Shown here piece by piece: positions 1 through 8,650 of a DNA stretch of 59,313 bases. The stretch is from the IMG/VR virus record IMGVR_UViG_3300037558_001138, positions 1 through 59,313 of that record. The stretch is one strand, 5' to 3'. A program made the position numbers and the translations under genes. The notes beneath the pieces are model-generated. The model was not told the origin of the DNA. It did no database searches and was given only the letters and a program-made list of their open reading frames with translations. Within the stretch, counting starts at the first letter, position 1; every line of letters starts with the position of its first letter. This stretch comes from a virus (Duplodnaviria; Caudoviricetes).

Positions 1-92
1 TCTGCTTGTTCGGGTGTCATGCCATTGACAGGGTCAGGCAATGCATCCCAGTTAAGCTTATGCAATGGGACACTACGTGTTTCTTTACTCAT
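1..92 (-). CDS. Hypothetical protein, partial (runs off window start)
   Basis: Not in ORF track. ATG at 92-90 overlaps the TGA of the upstream ORF (ATGA coupling). Reads MSKETRSVPLHKLNWDALPDPVNGMTPEQA without a stop. Confidence 0.55.
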   Translation of the reverse strand, partial: MSKETRSVPLHKLNWDALPDPVNGMTPEQA

Positions 93-247
93 GGTGCAGG
101 TGTTTGATAGGCAGCACATGTGCCGTGATTATGATGACGGTATGTGCTAGACGTATAGGTTGTGGAAGCACAAGAAGAAAAGAATGCTACTGCAAAGAGC
201 AGGGCAATGCTGAGCCAAAGAAGGCGCGAGTTTAACTTATAGTTCAT
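89..247 (-). CDS. Small putative lipoprotein (52 aa)
   Basis: Restarted at the internal Met: MNYKLNSRLLWLSIALLFAVAFFSSC gives a basic n-region, hydrophobic h-region and a Bacteroidota-style lipobox (FSSC). A/T-rich sequence lies upstream. Confidence 0.6.
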   Translation of the reverse strand: MNYKLNSRLLWLSIALLFAVAFFSSCASTTYTSSTYRHHNHGTCAAYQTPAP

Positions 248-328
248 GATACAGGGATTAAATAAAGGATTATGGAATTCGGATTCATCTCTACCACATA
301 TAGGAGAGAGAGAAGAGCATACCCCCAC

Positions 329-589
329 TCAAGCGTTGTAAGCTTGAATGAGAGTATACACTAATGCCTTCTGTGAGATGTAGTCATTGGTATCGTCAGT
401 AGACATACACTTGGCTATCTCGTCACGTATCTCTTCGAGCTTGGTAAGACGCTCAAGGAGTGCAGCACGAGACTTTACACAGTCAGTTAGGTCACGGTCG
501 AAGTCAGCTTCAATGATGAAGGCTTCTTTGTCAGAGATGATGTCTTGCTTTGTAGCAATCATCTCGTTTACGATGTCAAGATTCCACAT
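329..589 (-). CDS. Hypothetical protein (86 aa, helical)
   Basis: ORF with a coiled-coil-like segment. AT-rich leader and same orientation as neighbours. Confidence 0.6.
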   Translation of the reverse strand: MWNLDIVNEMIATKQDIISDKEAFIIEADFDRDLTDCVKSRAALLERLTKLEEIRDEIAKCMSTDDTNDYISQKALVYTLIQAYNA

Positions 590-669
590 GGGTAATAAAT
601 TAAGAATGGATGAAAAGGATTATAGTCTGTAGTACAGGTGATGTAGTAAGCCCCAAACAAAGGGTAAAT

Positions 670-707
670 AGCTATGCACACGTCCTGGTAGGCACATGCA
701 CATAGCT
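670..707 (-). other. 17-bp RNA hairpin with three G-U pairs (minus-strand transcript)
   Basis: Minus strand AGCUAUGUGCAUGU-G-CCU-ACC-AGG-ACGUGUGCAUAGCU pairs fully except for one bulge. The wobble pairs form only on this strand. Confidence 0.55.
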
Positions 708-742
708 GTTAGTAGCGTCGAGCTGATGATAGTGTAACGTAA

Positions 743-758
743 GGGCACCGAAGTGCCC
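743..758 (-). terminator. cUUCGg tetraloop hairpin after stop codon (terminator-like or stabilising)
   Basis: Minus strand GGGCAC-TTCG-GTGCCC, 6 nt after the stop at 765-767. Only a weak U-tail (TTACGTT). Confidence 0.5.
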
Positions 759-764
759 CACAGG

Positions 765-1082
765 TCAGTCGCGTACGATGCCGTACCACTGCTTACCGTC
801 TTCGGTTAGCCATGGTTCGTTAGTTTCGCGGTCCATGTATGGCACGAGCTTCACACCTTCGAGGGCTACAGCTTCCTTGCTGCAGAACTCTGGGTATGAA
901 CCACCGTCTTCACGGCACTCAACCCAAGTGCTTGTGACCTGCTCAGCAAGTCCAAAGTGAGACGCCCTAAGAGCATCCACAAACACCAGGTGTGTACCGT
1001 TCAACGTTGTGTCATCGAACGACTGAAGAACCAGGTTACCGTTCTCGGTCCTGTTCATAGGGAATAAGGTTAGCTTATCCAT
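765..1082 (-). CDS. Hypothetical protein (105 aa)
   Basis: Track ORF 765..1229 restarted at MDKLTLFPMNR. The upstream Pro/Cys-rich part looks non-coding and overlaps the divergent promoter region. Confidence 0.65.
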   Translation of the reverse strand: MDKLTLFPMNRTENGNLVLQSFDDTTLNGTHLVFVDALRASHFGLAEQVTSTWVECREDGGSYPEFCSKEAVALEGVKLVPYMDRETNEPWLTEDGKQWYGIVRD

Positions 1083-1216
1083 GAGTTTGGGGTTTACGTT
1101 TGTGCAGGGCAGAATTACCTTGCACAGAGCGGTTGGATAGTTGTATTGGGGGGTATTCAAAGTGCAAGCGAAGGCGGGGAGTAATAATGGGGGTGGTACT
1201 CGAACGCATATTTCCG

Positions 1217-1224
1217 TAACTTTG
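1217..1224 (+). promoter_or_regulatory. Bacteroidota -7 promoter box (TAACTTTG)
   Basis: Exact TAnnTTTG match at the head of the + strand operon, 3 nt before ATG 1228. Confidence 0.5.
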
Positions 1225-1227
1225 AGC

Positions 1228-1410
1228 ATGTTAGAGTTCTACCCTAGAAACATACAGCTGCTTGAGCCGTATATTTTTACATTCTACGAGCAGGGTGGGG
1301 GTGACTTAGTAGTCATTACAACGACCGGGGGTGTTTATATAACCAGTGACCTAGTGGGGGATGATGCTAACACTATAGCTTTAGACTTACTTAAACAGCA
1401 CACTAATTAA
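1228..1410 (+). CDS. Hypothetical protein (60 aa)
   Basis: Track ORF 1141..1410 restarted at MLEFYPRNIQ. Stops 6 nt before the next ATG. Confidence 0.5.
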   Translation: MLEFYPRNIQLLEPYIFTFYEQGGGDLVVITTTGGVYITSDLVGDDANTIALDLLKQHTN

Positions 1411-1416
1411 TCTATT

Positions 1417-1695
1417 ATGGAAGGCAAGTACTACACAGATCCTAAGACACGTAAGGCTATTGATTCCTTACTACAGATGAATGCAGCTATTCAAGCGAAC
1501 ATTGGTACTAATAGCAAGTTGGATATTCGTAATCCGGCGGCCGCTGAGCAGCTATGGCATCAGTGGTTAGTTGAGATTAGAGCAATGGACCCCTTTTTCT
1601 ATAAAGACATTTCGACCACAGAGGAGAAGGAGATGGTGACCAAGAAAATCTATAGTAAGCAACGATTTCGTCAGCAGCAAGCTGGTTCTGTATAA
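1417..1695 (+). CDS. Hypothetical protein (92 aa)
   Basis: Clean ORF in operon orientation with AT-rich leader. Confidence 0.7.
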   Translation: MEGKYYTDPKTRKAIDSLLQMNAAIQANIGTNSKLDIRNPAAAEQLWHQWLVEIRAMDPFFYKDISTTEEKEMVTKKIYSKQRFRQQQAGSV

Positions 1696-1725
1696 TATTC
1701 TTATATTTCGGGTAAATATATTGTT

Positions 1726-2031
1726 ATGGAAATTGTCAAGCCCGGGATAGAGTATCGGCTACACAACTTCAAGTCAGAAACTGAGTATCAAACAGTACGC
1801 TTCACCGAGAAGACACCTGTTGGTTTCAACCCAGGAACGACCAATGAGGAAGTGGTGTCAATGTTTATCGATCGTCTGTATGCATTACAGGCAAAAAACT
1901 TCTCTGTAGAAAACCAATGTTGTATCATCTTACTTAAGCAGGTGAGGGTGCTCTTAAAGAAGCGCTTGAACCGTAAGATTGATCGAGTAAATAAATACCA
2001 GGAGAATGCAACTGGAGATTCAAACAAGTAA
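1726..2031 (+). CDS. Tad1-like (Acb2/Tad1 hairpin family) putative cyclic-nucleotide sponge
   Basis: EYRL...YQTVRF...GTTNEEVVSMFIDRLYALQAKNFSVENQCC...KRLNRKIDR follows the remembered Tad1 pattern EYVI...YETIKF...GV...[25 protein letters not shown]...RRVEDRIER. Confidence 0.65.
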   Translation: MEIVKPGIEYRLHNFKSETEYQTVRFTEKTPVGFNPGTTNEEVVSMFIDRLYALQAKNFSVENQCCIILLKQVRVLLKKRLNRKIDRVNKYQENATGDSNK

Positions 2032-2359
2032 GAAAAGTTTTATCCGTCATTACCTAGAACTTTTAAATGGTATCTTGAAGCTGACTCCACGTGAGTTGGA
2101 TTCATTGTTATTGTTCCTAGAGTTCGATGCGGAAGTAGCATGTAGTATGCAGGCACGAAAACATGTGGCAGATGCCATGAGTTTTAAGAGTGTTAGCGTA
2201 CTCAACAACTATGTAAAGAGTTTAAAAGACAAGCAGGTCATCTACAAAGACGACCACGGAGTGTATCGGTACAATGACATTGTAAAACCCAATGGAAACC
2301 TTGACACGCTTAGCTTCAAATTCGTCGTCTCCGAATCCTCTATTCCGCCTGGAATATGA
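2006..2359 (+). CDS. Winged helix-turn-helix DNA-binding protein
   Basis: LTPRELDSLLLFL...RKHVADAMSFKSVSVLNNYVKSLKDKQVIYK...GVYRYN is a wHTH pattern. Position upstream of terminase is typical of crAss-like phages. Confidence 0.65.
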   Translation: MQLEIQTSKKSFIRHYLELLNGILKLTPRELDSLLLFLEFDAEVACSMQARKHVADAMSFKSVSVLNNYVKSLKDKQVIYKDDHGVYRYNDIVKPNGNLDTLSFKFVVSESSIPPGI

Positions 2360-2360
2360 G

Positions 2361-2504
2361 ATGGATTCGCTTGACGTATTGTTTGCCTTTGAGCTTTCTA
2401 TGGCTGCAGAGCTTGAAGACCAGACTGTCTCGTACAGTACTGAGATTTCTATTGGCGACCACACTTACTCACTTACCTACCTGATATATGCCACGCCCGA
2501 GTAA
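2361..2504 (+). CDS. Small hypothetical protein (47 aa)
   Basis: Fills the gap between the wHTH and HU-like genes. ATG 1 nt after the previous stop. Confidence 0.4.
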   Translation: MDSLDVLFAFELSMAAELEDQTVSYSTEISIGDHTYSLTYLIYATPE

Positions 2505-2721
2505 ACTGATGGATGAGATTATCCTTGAAATAATTCAAGAGGACGGAGGGACGTACGAGGAAGTATCAGAGGTAGTCATGAGCCAGTTTTCGTTTTTGCG
2601 TAAGCACATGGAACACGGAGCATTCAGCACTGTACGGCTACCATATCTCGGCAAGTTTTACGTTAAACCAGGACGACTATCAAGATTAAACCATGCGGTT
2701 ATTCAGGGAAGAAAGCTTTAA
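2488..2721 (+). CDS. HU/IHF-like DNA-binding protein
   Basis: EIILEIIQEDGGTYEEVSEVVMSQFSFLRKHMEHG...VRLPYLGKFYVK matches HU helices plus the (V/I)xLxxxGxF strand. Confidence 0.7.
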   Translation: MPRPSKLMDEIILEIIQEDGGTYEEVSEVVMSQFSFLRKHMEHGAFSTVRLPYLGKFYVKPGRLSRLNHAVIQGRKL

Positions 2722-3256
2722 GGTTGTAGTGGATACGGAACTTAGGCTAATACCTGAGTTTAAAGCGTTGCTCAGTAGAGATCGCACCGCAGATAAGAAA
2801 CAGGCTGTAAAAGAGTTGAGCTTTATCTACTTTTTCCACGACCACAAGTCGCCATATTTTATCTACCCGGAAGACGAGCGGCGCTTACGAGTATCTAATG
2901 ATACCGGTTTGGGTAAAGATTACAAGCCCGATGAAAAAGTTACTGCTGCTATTGCGAAGTACTTGGAGTTGTCTAAGACTCCGACTATCCAGTCTCTTAC
3001 ATCTATACGTGAGGGTCTGCTTACTAGCAGTAGGCTCATTGATACTTTGCGGGAGCGTATTGAGTCTGCTCTGGCTGATCCTTTGCTGGAAGACATTGAC
3101 CCTGTTGTTCGGTCCGTTACCCGAATGCTCGAGATTTCTGAAAAGCTCCCAAAGGCGATTGAGAACATCACGTCGCTGGAGGAGAAGGTTAAGAAAGAAG
3201 AGTCAAACGAGACGCGGATAAAAGGTGGAGGTAAAAAAGGAATGTTCGAAGACTAA
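2693..3256 (+). CDS. Conserved crAss-like protein, putative terminase small subunit
   Basis: Directly coupled (TAATG) to TerL. Helical/coiled-coil C-half ending RIKGGGKKGMFED. Confidence 0.55.
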   Translation: MRLFREESFKVVVDTELRLIPEFKALLSRDRTADKKQAVKELSFIYFFHDHKSPYFIYPEDERRLRVSNDTGLGKDYKPDEKVTAAIAKYLELSKTPTIQSLTSIREGLLTSSRLIDTLRERIESALADPLLEDIDPVVRSVTRMLEISEKLPKAIENITSLEEKVKKEESNETRIKGGGKKGMFED

Positions 3257-5265
3257 TGTTAGCTAATACTCGAGAGTTCAGCCGCAGCGGTCAGCATTTT
3301 TTAGAGCACGGGTTCTATTGTGGCGACCCATCGGGCAGTGCTGCATACTTTGAGTACTGGGCAGAGGAGTTACGTCGTTGTAAAAACGGGCACACGGTAG
3401 GTGATGTTACCATTACCGGACACCACTACTTCTACTTGAACTACGTACAGATAAAGCTGACTGACAAGGGAAACAAAAAAATTGTGAGCTTCCCTAATTT
3501 CTGGGATGGCGATTATGAATACTTCTGGTTGCAGGACATAGCCCGTAACGGGATCAAACCAGAGGATTACAAAAAGCTGAACCTGTCGACTTTCGTAGAC
3601 CAGGCCCACATGGATGGGAGTCGTCATATGATTGTAGGTAAGGCACGACGTAAGGGATTCTCTTATAAGAATGCTGCACTAGTGACCAACACGTTCAACA
3701 CGGAACGTAATAGCTATACCCTTCTTTGCGCGTTTGACAAGAAGTATCTATACCCTAAAGGTATCATGGCAATGGTTACTGATAACATGAACTTCATCAA
3801 CGAGCACACCGGCTGGGCAAAACGTCGGCAGGTAGTAGACAAGCAAAACCACCGCCGCGCTAGTTACATGGAATACATGTCTGGGCAGCAGGTAGAGAAA
3901 GGCTACAAGTCTGAGGTTGAGGCGATTACGTTTAAAGACAACCCAGATGCAGCGCGTGGTAAAGATGCAAGCATTGTAATCTTTGAGGAGTGCGGGGCAT
4001 TTGATAATCTCAAAGCGTCTTACCTAGCTACTAAGCCTACTGTAGAAGATGGAGGTATTACTACGGGACAGATGATTCTGTTTGGTACTGGTGGTGATAT
4101 GGCTGGAGGCACGATTGACTTCGAGTCTATGTTCTACAACCCAGAGGCATACAATCTTCTACCTATCTCGAACATTTGGGACGAAGGCGCAGACCATACC
4201 AACTGCGGTTACTTCTTTCCTTCATTCATTAACAAAATTGGGCACATGGATGCTAGCGGCAATAGCGATGTTGCTGGAGCTAAACAGTCTGAGGAGGCAA
4301 AGCGAGAGCAAATTAAACGGGATGCTAAAGATGCAGGCGTACTAGATAAGCATATTACCGAGTATCCATTTACACCTAAGGAGGCTTTCTTACAGCACTC
4401 TAGTAATATCTTCCCTACTGCTACTCTAATGGATTGGCGCAACGAGCTTATGCGTAGCGGTATGTACAAGTCTCTAGCTGTAGCAGGACACTTAGTGCAA
4501 ACTAAAGATGGCGTCAAGCTTAAACCAGACGATCGGTTACGCCCTGTACTTAAATTCCCTACACAACGCGGGGATGATACTACAGGATGTGTAGTTATGT
4601 ACCAATCGCCTTACCAAGAAAACGGAGAGGTTCCCCGAGATTTGTACATTATTGCGCACGACCCCTATGCCCAAGATGGGAAGGGGCAATCTTTAGGCGC
4701 AGCATATGTCCTAAAGCGTGTTAATCCGTACAGCCAACCAGACGATATGATCGTTGCTAGTTATATAGGAAGACCAGATACGCAGGATGAATACAACAAT
4801 ACCCTATTTTTGTTGTCAAAGTATTATAATGCTCGTATAGGATTTGAGAATGACCGAGGTGAAATTATTCCCTTTGCCAAACGTCATAAATTAATGCAGC
4901 AACTATTACCAGAGGTGGAAATCTTTGATAAGACAGATAACGTTCGGATACGTAAGCTAGGCCGCAGTTACGGCATGAGCATGGGTAGTAAAGAGCGCAA
5001 AGGGCAAGCAGAAATATACTTACGGGACTGGCTAAAAACCCCTAGAGGTCGTGGCGAGTCGGGAGAAATCAAGCTAAATCTACACCAAATATACGATATT
5101 GCGTTAATAGATGAGCTAGTAAAGTACAACCGCCGGGGCAACTTTGACCGGGTGTCAGCACTTATGGTAGGCATGTTCCACTTAAAGGACTTGCATTCTA
5201 GAGAAGTTAAGGTAGTAGAGCAAGCATCTAATAACACATTCTTCGACCGAGCCTTCTTTTCATAA
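3256..5265 (+). CDS. terL: Terminase large subunit
   Basis: Walker A-like GKARRKGFSYK, Walker B IVIFEECG, coupling motif FGTGG, nuclease motifs IAHDPY and NFDRVSA. Immediately precedes the portal. Confidence 0.95.
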   Translation: MLANTREFSRSGQHFLEHGFYCGDPSGSAAYFEYWAEELRRCKNGHTVGDVTITGHHYFYLNYVQIKLTDKGNKKIVSFPNFWDGDYEYFWLQDIARNGIKPEDYKKLNLSTFVDQAHMDGSRHMIVGKARRKGFSYKNAALVTNTFNTERNSYTLLCAFDKKYLYPKGIMAMVTDNMNFINEHTGWAKRRQVVDKQNHRRASYMEYMSGQQVEKGYKSEVEAITFKDNPDAARGKDASIVIFEECGAFDNLKASYLATKPTVEDGGITTGQMILFGTGGDMAGGTIDFESMFYNPEAYNLLPISNIWDEGADHTNCGYFFPSFINKIGHMDASGNSDVAGAKQSEEAKREQIKRDAKDAGVLDKHITEYPFTPKEAFLQHSSNIFPTATLMDWRNELMRSGMYKSLAVAGHLVQTKDGVKLKPDDRLRPVLKFPTQRGDDTTGCVVMYQSPYQENGEVPRDLYIIAHDPYAQDGKGQSLGAAYVLKRVNPYSQPDDMIVASYIGRPDTQDEYNNTLFLLSKYYNARIGFENDRGEIIPFAKRHKLMQQLLPEVEIFDKTDNVRIRKLGRSYGMSMGSKERKGQAEIYLRDWLKTPRGRGESGEIKLNLHQIYDIALIDELVKYNRRGNFDRVSALMVGMFHLKDLHSREVKVVEQASNNTFFDRAFFS

Positions 5266-5276
5266 AATAATATCTG

Positions 5277-7475
5277 ATGACCCAGATCCCTAAACAAAAA
5301 ATTGCTAGATCACGCAAGTCTAAAGACTGGGCACAGGATTGTATCCGCGCGTTTATCAATCGCTCTTCCTTCAGTACTAGCACAAAACATACGCTACAAA
5401 CGTATTACGAAGCTTACAATGGTAATCTACGAGAAGCCGACTATAACTATGTAACTAATCCTTATAATAGTGAAGCGTGGGCAAAGAAAAACTTTCCTGC
5501 GCGTCTGCGTAATTACAATATCTTAAAACCTATTGTAGATCTGCTGCTTGGAGAAAAAGCAAAACGCCCTCTTGCGTATCAAGTCGTGGTTCGTAATAGC
5601 GATATCGAATCCCGCTTTGATAAGTTTAGGCAGGGGGAATTTAAAAAGTATTTAGAACAAATTTTTGTAAATGCTGCAAATGAGGCAGGCATGCCGACAG
5701 GACAGGAGTCAGCAGAAATGCCTGCACCCGAGGAGTACATGGAAGAAGTATTTGCAAACTATAGAGATTCCCGCGCTATTATAGGTCAAGAGGTTTTAAA
5801 CTACTTATTTGACTGGCTTGGTATGGAAGACCAGATTCAAAAAATGTTTTTTGATTGGCTTGTTGCTGGCGAGTGTTACTCTTACAAAGATGTTTGCATG
5901 AACGACGTTAGTTATGACGTTGTATCTCCTTTAGACATTGATTTTGAAAAAGGTCCAGATGTAGAATATATTGAAGATGCCGATTGGGTAGTTCGACGTC
6001 AGGTAATGAGTGTCAACCAAGTCGTTGATAGGTTTTACGATGTTTTAAGCCCAAAGGATATTGACCGCTTGGAAGCCCCTCATGGAAAATATCGAGATAG
6101 TTATGGCGGCGCCCAAAGTATGTTTATTAATAAACCTGAGGATGACGAGTCTGATCGTATGCTCGAAGTACTACACGTTTGCTGGAAGTCTTTTTCCCGT
6201 GTAGGTATTCTAAGCTATACAGATGACTTGGGGCAATCTCAAGAGATGGTTGTAGACGAGACTTACAAGACATCAGAAAATGAGGAGATTAAATATTACT
6301 GGGTAAACGAGGTTTGGGAAGGTTACCAAATTGACAAAGACATTTATGTATCTCACCAACCACACCCGGTGCAGAGAAATGAAATGAATAATTTGTCGGT
6401 ATGCAAGCTGCCTTATAATGGGAGAGTTTACAGTAACCGGCATAGCGATAACATAAGTGTTATTAGCATGGGACTGCCGTACCAAGTCCTGTACAACGTT
6501 TTTCACTACCGCCTAGAACTGTCTATTGCTAAAAACAAAGACAAGATTATGCTTATGGAGATGAACACAATCCCAAAGCGTCATGGCTGGGACGAAGAAA
6601 AGTTTATGTATTACGCAGATGCAATGGGGTACGCATTTATTGACTCTACTGCAGAAGGCAAGAACAACGAACGTGTAACATTTAATCAATACCAGGTACT
6701 TGACATGTCTTTGGGTCAGTACATCGCTGCACAGTTTCAGTTGTTACAGGCTATTAAGGCTGAGTGGGAGGAAAATATTGGAGTTTCACGTCAACGTAAG
6801 GGGCAAGTAAAAACCTCTGATGGGGTGGGGGCTACTGAACGCGCTGTTTTCCAGTCATCCGTTATTTCAGAAGAAATATTTAGACGTTTTGAAACTTTCT
6901 TGGAGCGGGAATATGCAGGACTTATAGACACTAGTAAGATTGCTTGGCGGGAGGGCAAGAAGATGTCCTATGTAACCAGCGATTTACGTACGGCCCTAGT
7001 TAGCATTGACCCCGAAGAGTACCAGGAAGCGGAATACGGGGTGTTTGTCAAAAACAACAGCCGCGAACAAGACAAGCTAAATCAAATTAAGTCTTTGACT
7101 ATGGCATTTGCGCAAAATGGTCAGCAACCGTCTACGATTGCAGAGATTTTAGACAGCAATAACTTTAGCCAGATTAAAAAGTTGATGTCGGAAGTAGATC
7201 AAAAGCAAAAGGAAATGCAAGAGCAGGCTAGCCAAATGCAGCAGCAGCAGGTTCAAGGGCAAATGCAAGCACAAGCTCAAATGAAGCAGGAAGAGCAAGC
7301 ATTCGAAGCTGATCAGAATGAAAAAGACCGTTTAGTAAAGCTTGAAATAAAGAAGATGGAAGTTGCTTCAAAACTTACTACTGACGCAGATGGAAACGGT
7401 CGTAGGGATGAAATTGACAAGGCTCGGTTAGATGTAGAAAAGGAAAAAATCAACCTGCAGAGGCAAAAAGGTTGA
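5277..7475 (+). CDS. Portal protein
   Basis: 732 aa after terL. Begins IPKQK, has NYNILKPIVDLLLGE, and ends in a Gln-rich coiled coil as in crAss-like portals. Confidence 0.9.
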   Translation: MTQIPKQKIARSRKSKDWAQDCIRAFINRSSFSTSTKHTLQTYYEAYNGNLREADYNYVTNPYNSEAWAKKNFPARLRNYNILKPIVDLLLGEKAKRPLAYQVVVRNSDIESRFDKFRQGEFKKYLEQIFVNAANEAGMPTGQESAEMPAPEEYMEEVFANYRDSRAIIGQEVLNYLFDWLGMEDQIQKMFFDWLVAGECYSYKDVCMNDVSYDVVSPLDIDFEKGPDVEYIEDADWVVRRQVMSVNQVVDRFYDVLSPKDIDRLEAPHGKYRDSYGGAQSMFINKPEDDESDRMLEVLHVCWKSFSRVGILSYTDDLGQSQEMVVDETYKTSENEEIKYYWVNEVWEGYQIDKDIYVSHQPHPVQRNEMNNLSVCKLPYNGRVYSNRHSDNISVISMGLPYQVLYNVFHYRLELSIAKNKDKIMLMEMNTIPKRHGWDEEKFMYYADAMGYAFIDSTAEGKNNERVTFNQYQVLDMSLGQYIAAQFQLLQAIKAEWEENIGVSRQRKGQVKTSDGVGATERAVFQSSVISEEIFRRFETFLEREYAGLIDTSKIAWREGKKMSYVTSDLRTALVSIDPEEYQEAEYGVFVKNNSREQDKLNQIKSLTMAFAQNGQQPSTIAEILDSNNFSQIKKLMSEVDQKQKEMQEQASQMQQQQVQGQMQAQAQMKQEEQAFEADQNEKDRLVKLEIKKMEVASKLTTDADGNGRRDEIDKARLDVEKEKINLQRQKG

Positions 7476-7532
7476 TATTAATAAAACCAAAGAATATTAA
7501 TTAGAATCCGTCATATAATTCGGTATATAAAA

Positions 7533-7540
7533 TACTTTTG
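7533..7540 (+). promoter_or_regulatory. Bacteroidota -7 promoter box (TACTTTTG)
   Basis: Exact TAnnTTTG in an AT-rich intergenic gap, 5 nt before the scaffold-like gene ATG. Confidence 0.55.
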
Positions 7541-7545
7541 TAAAG

Positions 7546-8628
7546 ATGAGTGAAGAAAAATCATTAGACCTGAGCCAAGTAAGCGTAGCAAACTTGCTCA
7601 ACAACGAGGCCCCCACAGCTATCCCGGAGCCTGAAGTAGAAGAAGCCCCAGAAACTGTTGAAGAAGACCCTGCTGCTGAAGTTGCAGAAGAGGTTGTGGC
7701 TGAAGCAGAAGAAAGCTCTGTAGAAGAAGCAGAAACGCCTGATGCGGTAGAATCTGCTCAGGAAGAACCTGCAGATACTGAAGATGACCCAAGTGTTATA
7801 GAGGTATTGCGTTCTAAGATGGGATACGAAGTGGAAGGCGAGTTTGCAGAGGACTACGACGGTGTAGCAAAATTTGCTGGTGCTGTTGCAGAAGAAATTG
7901 CAAAAGAACAGCTGGACACAGTGTTTTCACAGTTCCCAGATGTAGAACAGTACTTGCAGTATCGCTATAATGGTGGAGACCCTAAACAGTATTTTCAAGC
8001 CACAGCACCTGTAGTAGATTACAGTGCGGTAGAAATTACAGATGAAAACGTTTCTATTCAAAGAGCTGTTGTACAAGAGTTTTTGCAACGCTCTGGCTAT
8101 ACCGGAGAGGAGGTAACTGAAACTGTACAAGAGTATCTAGATGCGGGCATTCTACAGCGTCAGGCAAATAGAAGCTTGGGAAAGCTGCAGCAAATGCAGG
8201 AAAAGGAAGCTGTTGAAGTTGTTGCTAAACAAAAAGCAGAAGCTGAACAACATCGAGAGCAAGTTCAAAATCAATGGACCTCTATTAAAGGGACTATTGA
8301 TAAAGGAAGTGTAAAAGGATTTGAAATTCCTACCTCTGATCGCAAGAAATTTTATTCTTGGATGAGTGAGGCTGTAGATAAACAAGGACGTACACAACGT
8401 CTTGTAGATAGAGAGCAAATGGACATGGAGACCCAAGTTGCTATGGAGTACTTGTTGTGGAAGAAATTCGACCTCAACAAGCTAGTATCCTCTACTAAGA
8501 ATACTAAGAAGGCACAGAATCTTAAGCAAAAGTTGCAACAGAAACAACCCGCTTCACAGCGGATGAAAGGAGGTAAGTCTTCTTTCAAAGCACCAAAGAA
8601 ATTACCCTCGTTGAAAGATCTTTTGTAA
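7546..8628 (+). CDS. Putative capsid scaffolding protein
   Basis: Very acidic, disordered N-terminus, helical core and basic C-terminus. Lies between portal and MCP. Confidence 0.7.
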   Translation: MSEEKSLDLSQVSVANLLNNEAPTAIPEPEVEEAPETVEEDPAAEVAEEVVAEAEESSVEEAETPDAVESAQEEPADTEDDPSVIEVLRSKMGYEVEGEFAEDYDGVAKFAGAVAEEIAKEQLDTVFSQFPDVEQYLQYRYNGGDPKQYFQATAPVVDYSAVEITDENVSIQRAVVQEFLQRSGYTGEEVTETVQEYLDAGILQRQANRSLGKLQQMQEKEAVEVVAKQKAEAEQHREQVQNQWTSIKGTIDKGSVKGFEIPTSDRKKFYSWMSEAVDKQGRTQRLVDREQMDMETQVAMEYLLWKKFDLNKLVSSTKNTKKAQNLKQKLQQKQPASQRMKGGKSSFKAPKKLPSLKDLL

Positions 8629-8650
8629 CCCTTAATAATTAGTTTAAATC

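Noticed and set aside
743-758. N4-type vRNAP hairpin promoter (C-GAA-G triloop) on the template strand
   Set aside because: The triloop register breaks the stem at the next pair. The UUCG tetraloop on the transcript explains it better.
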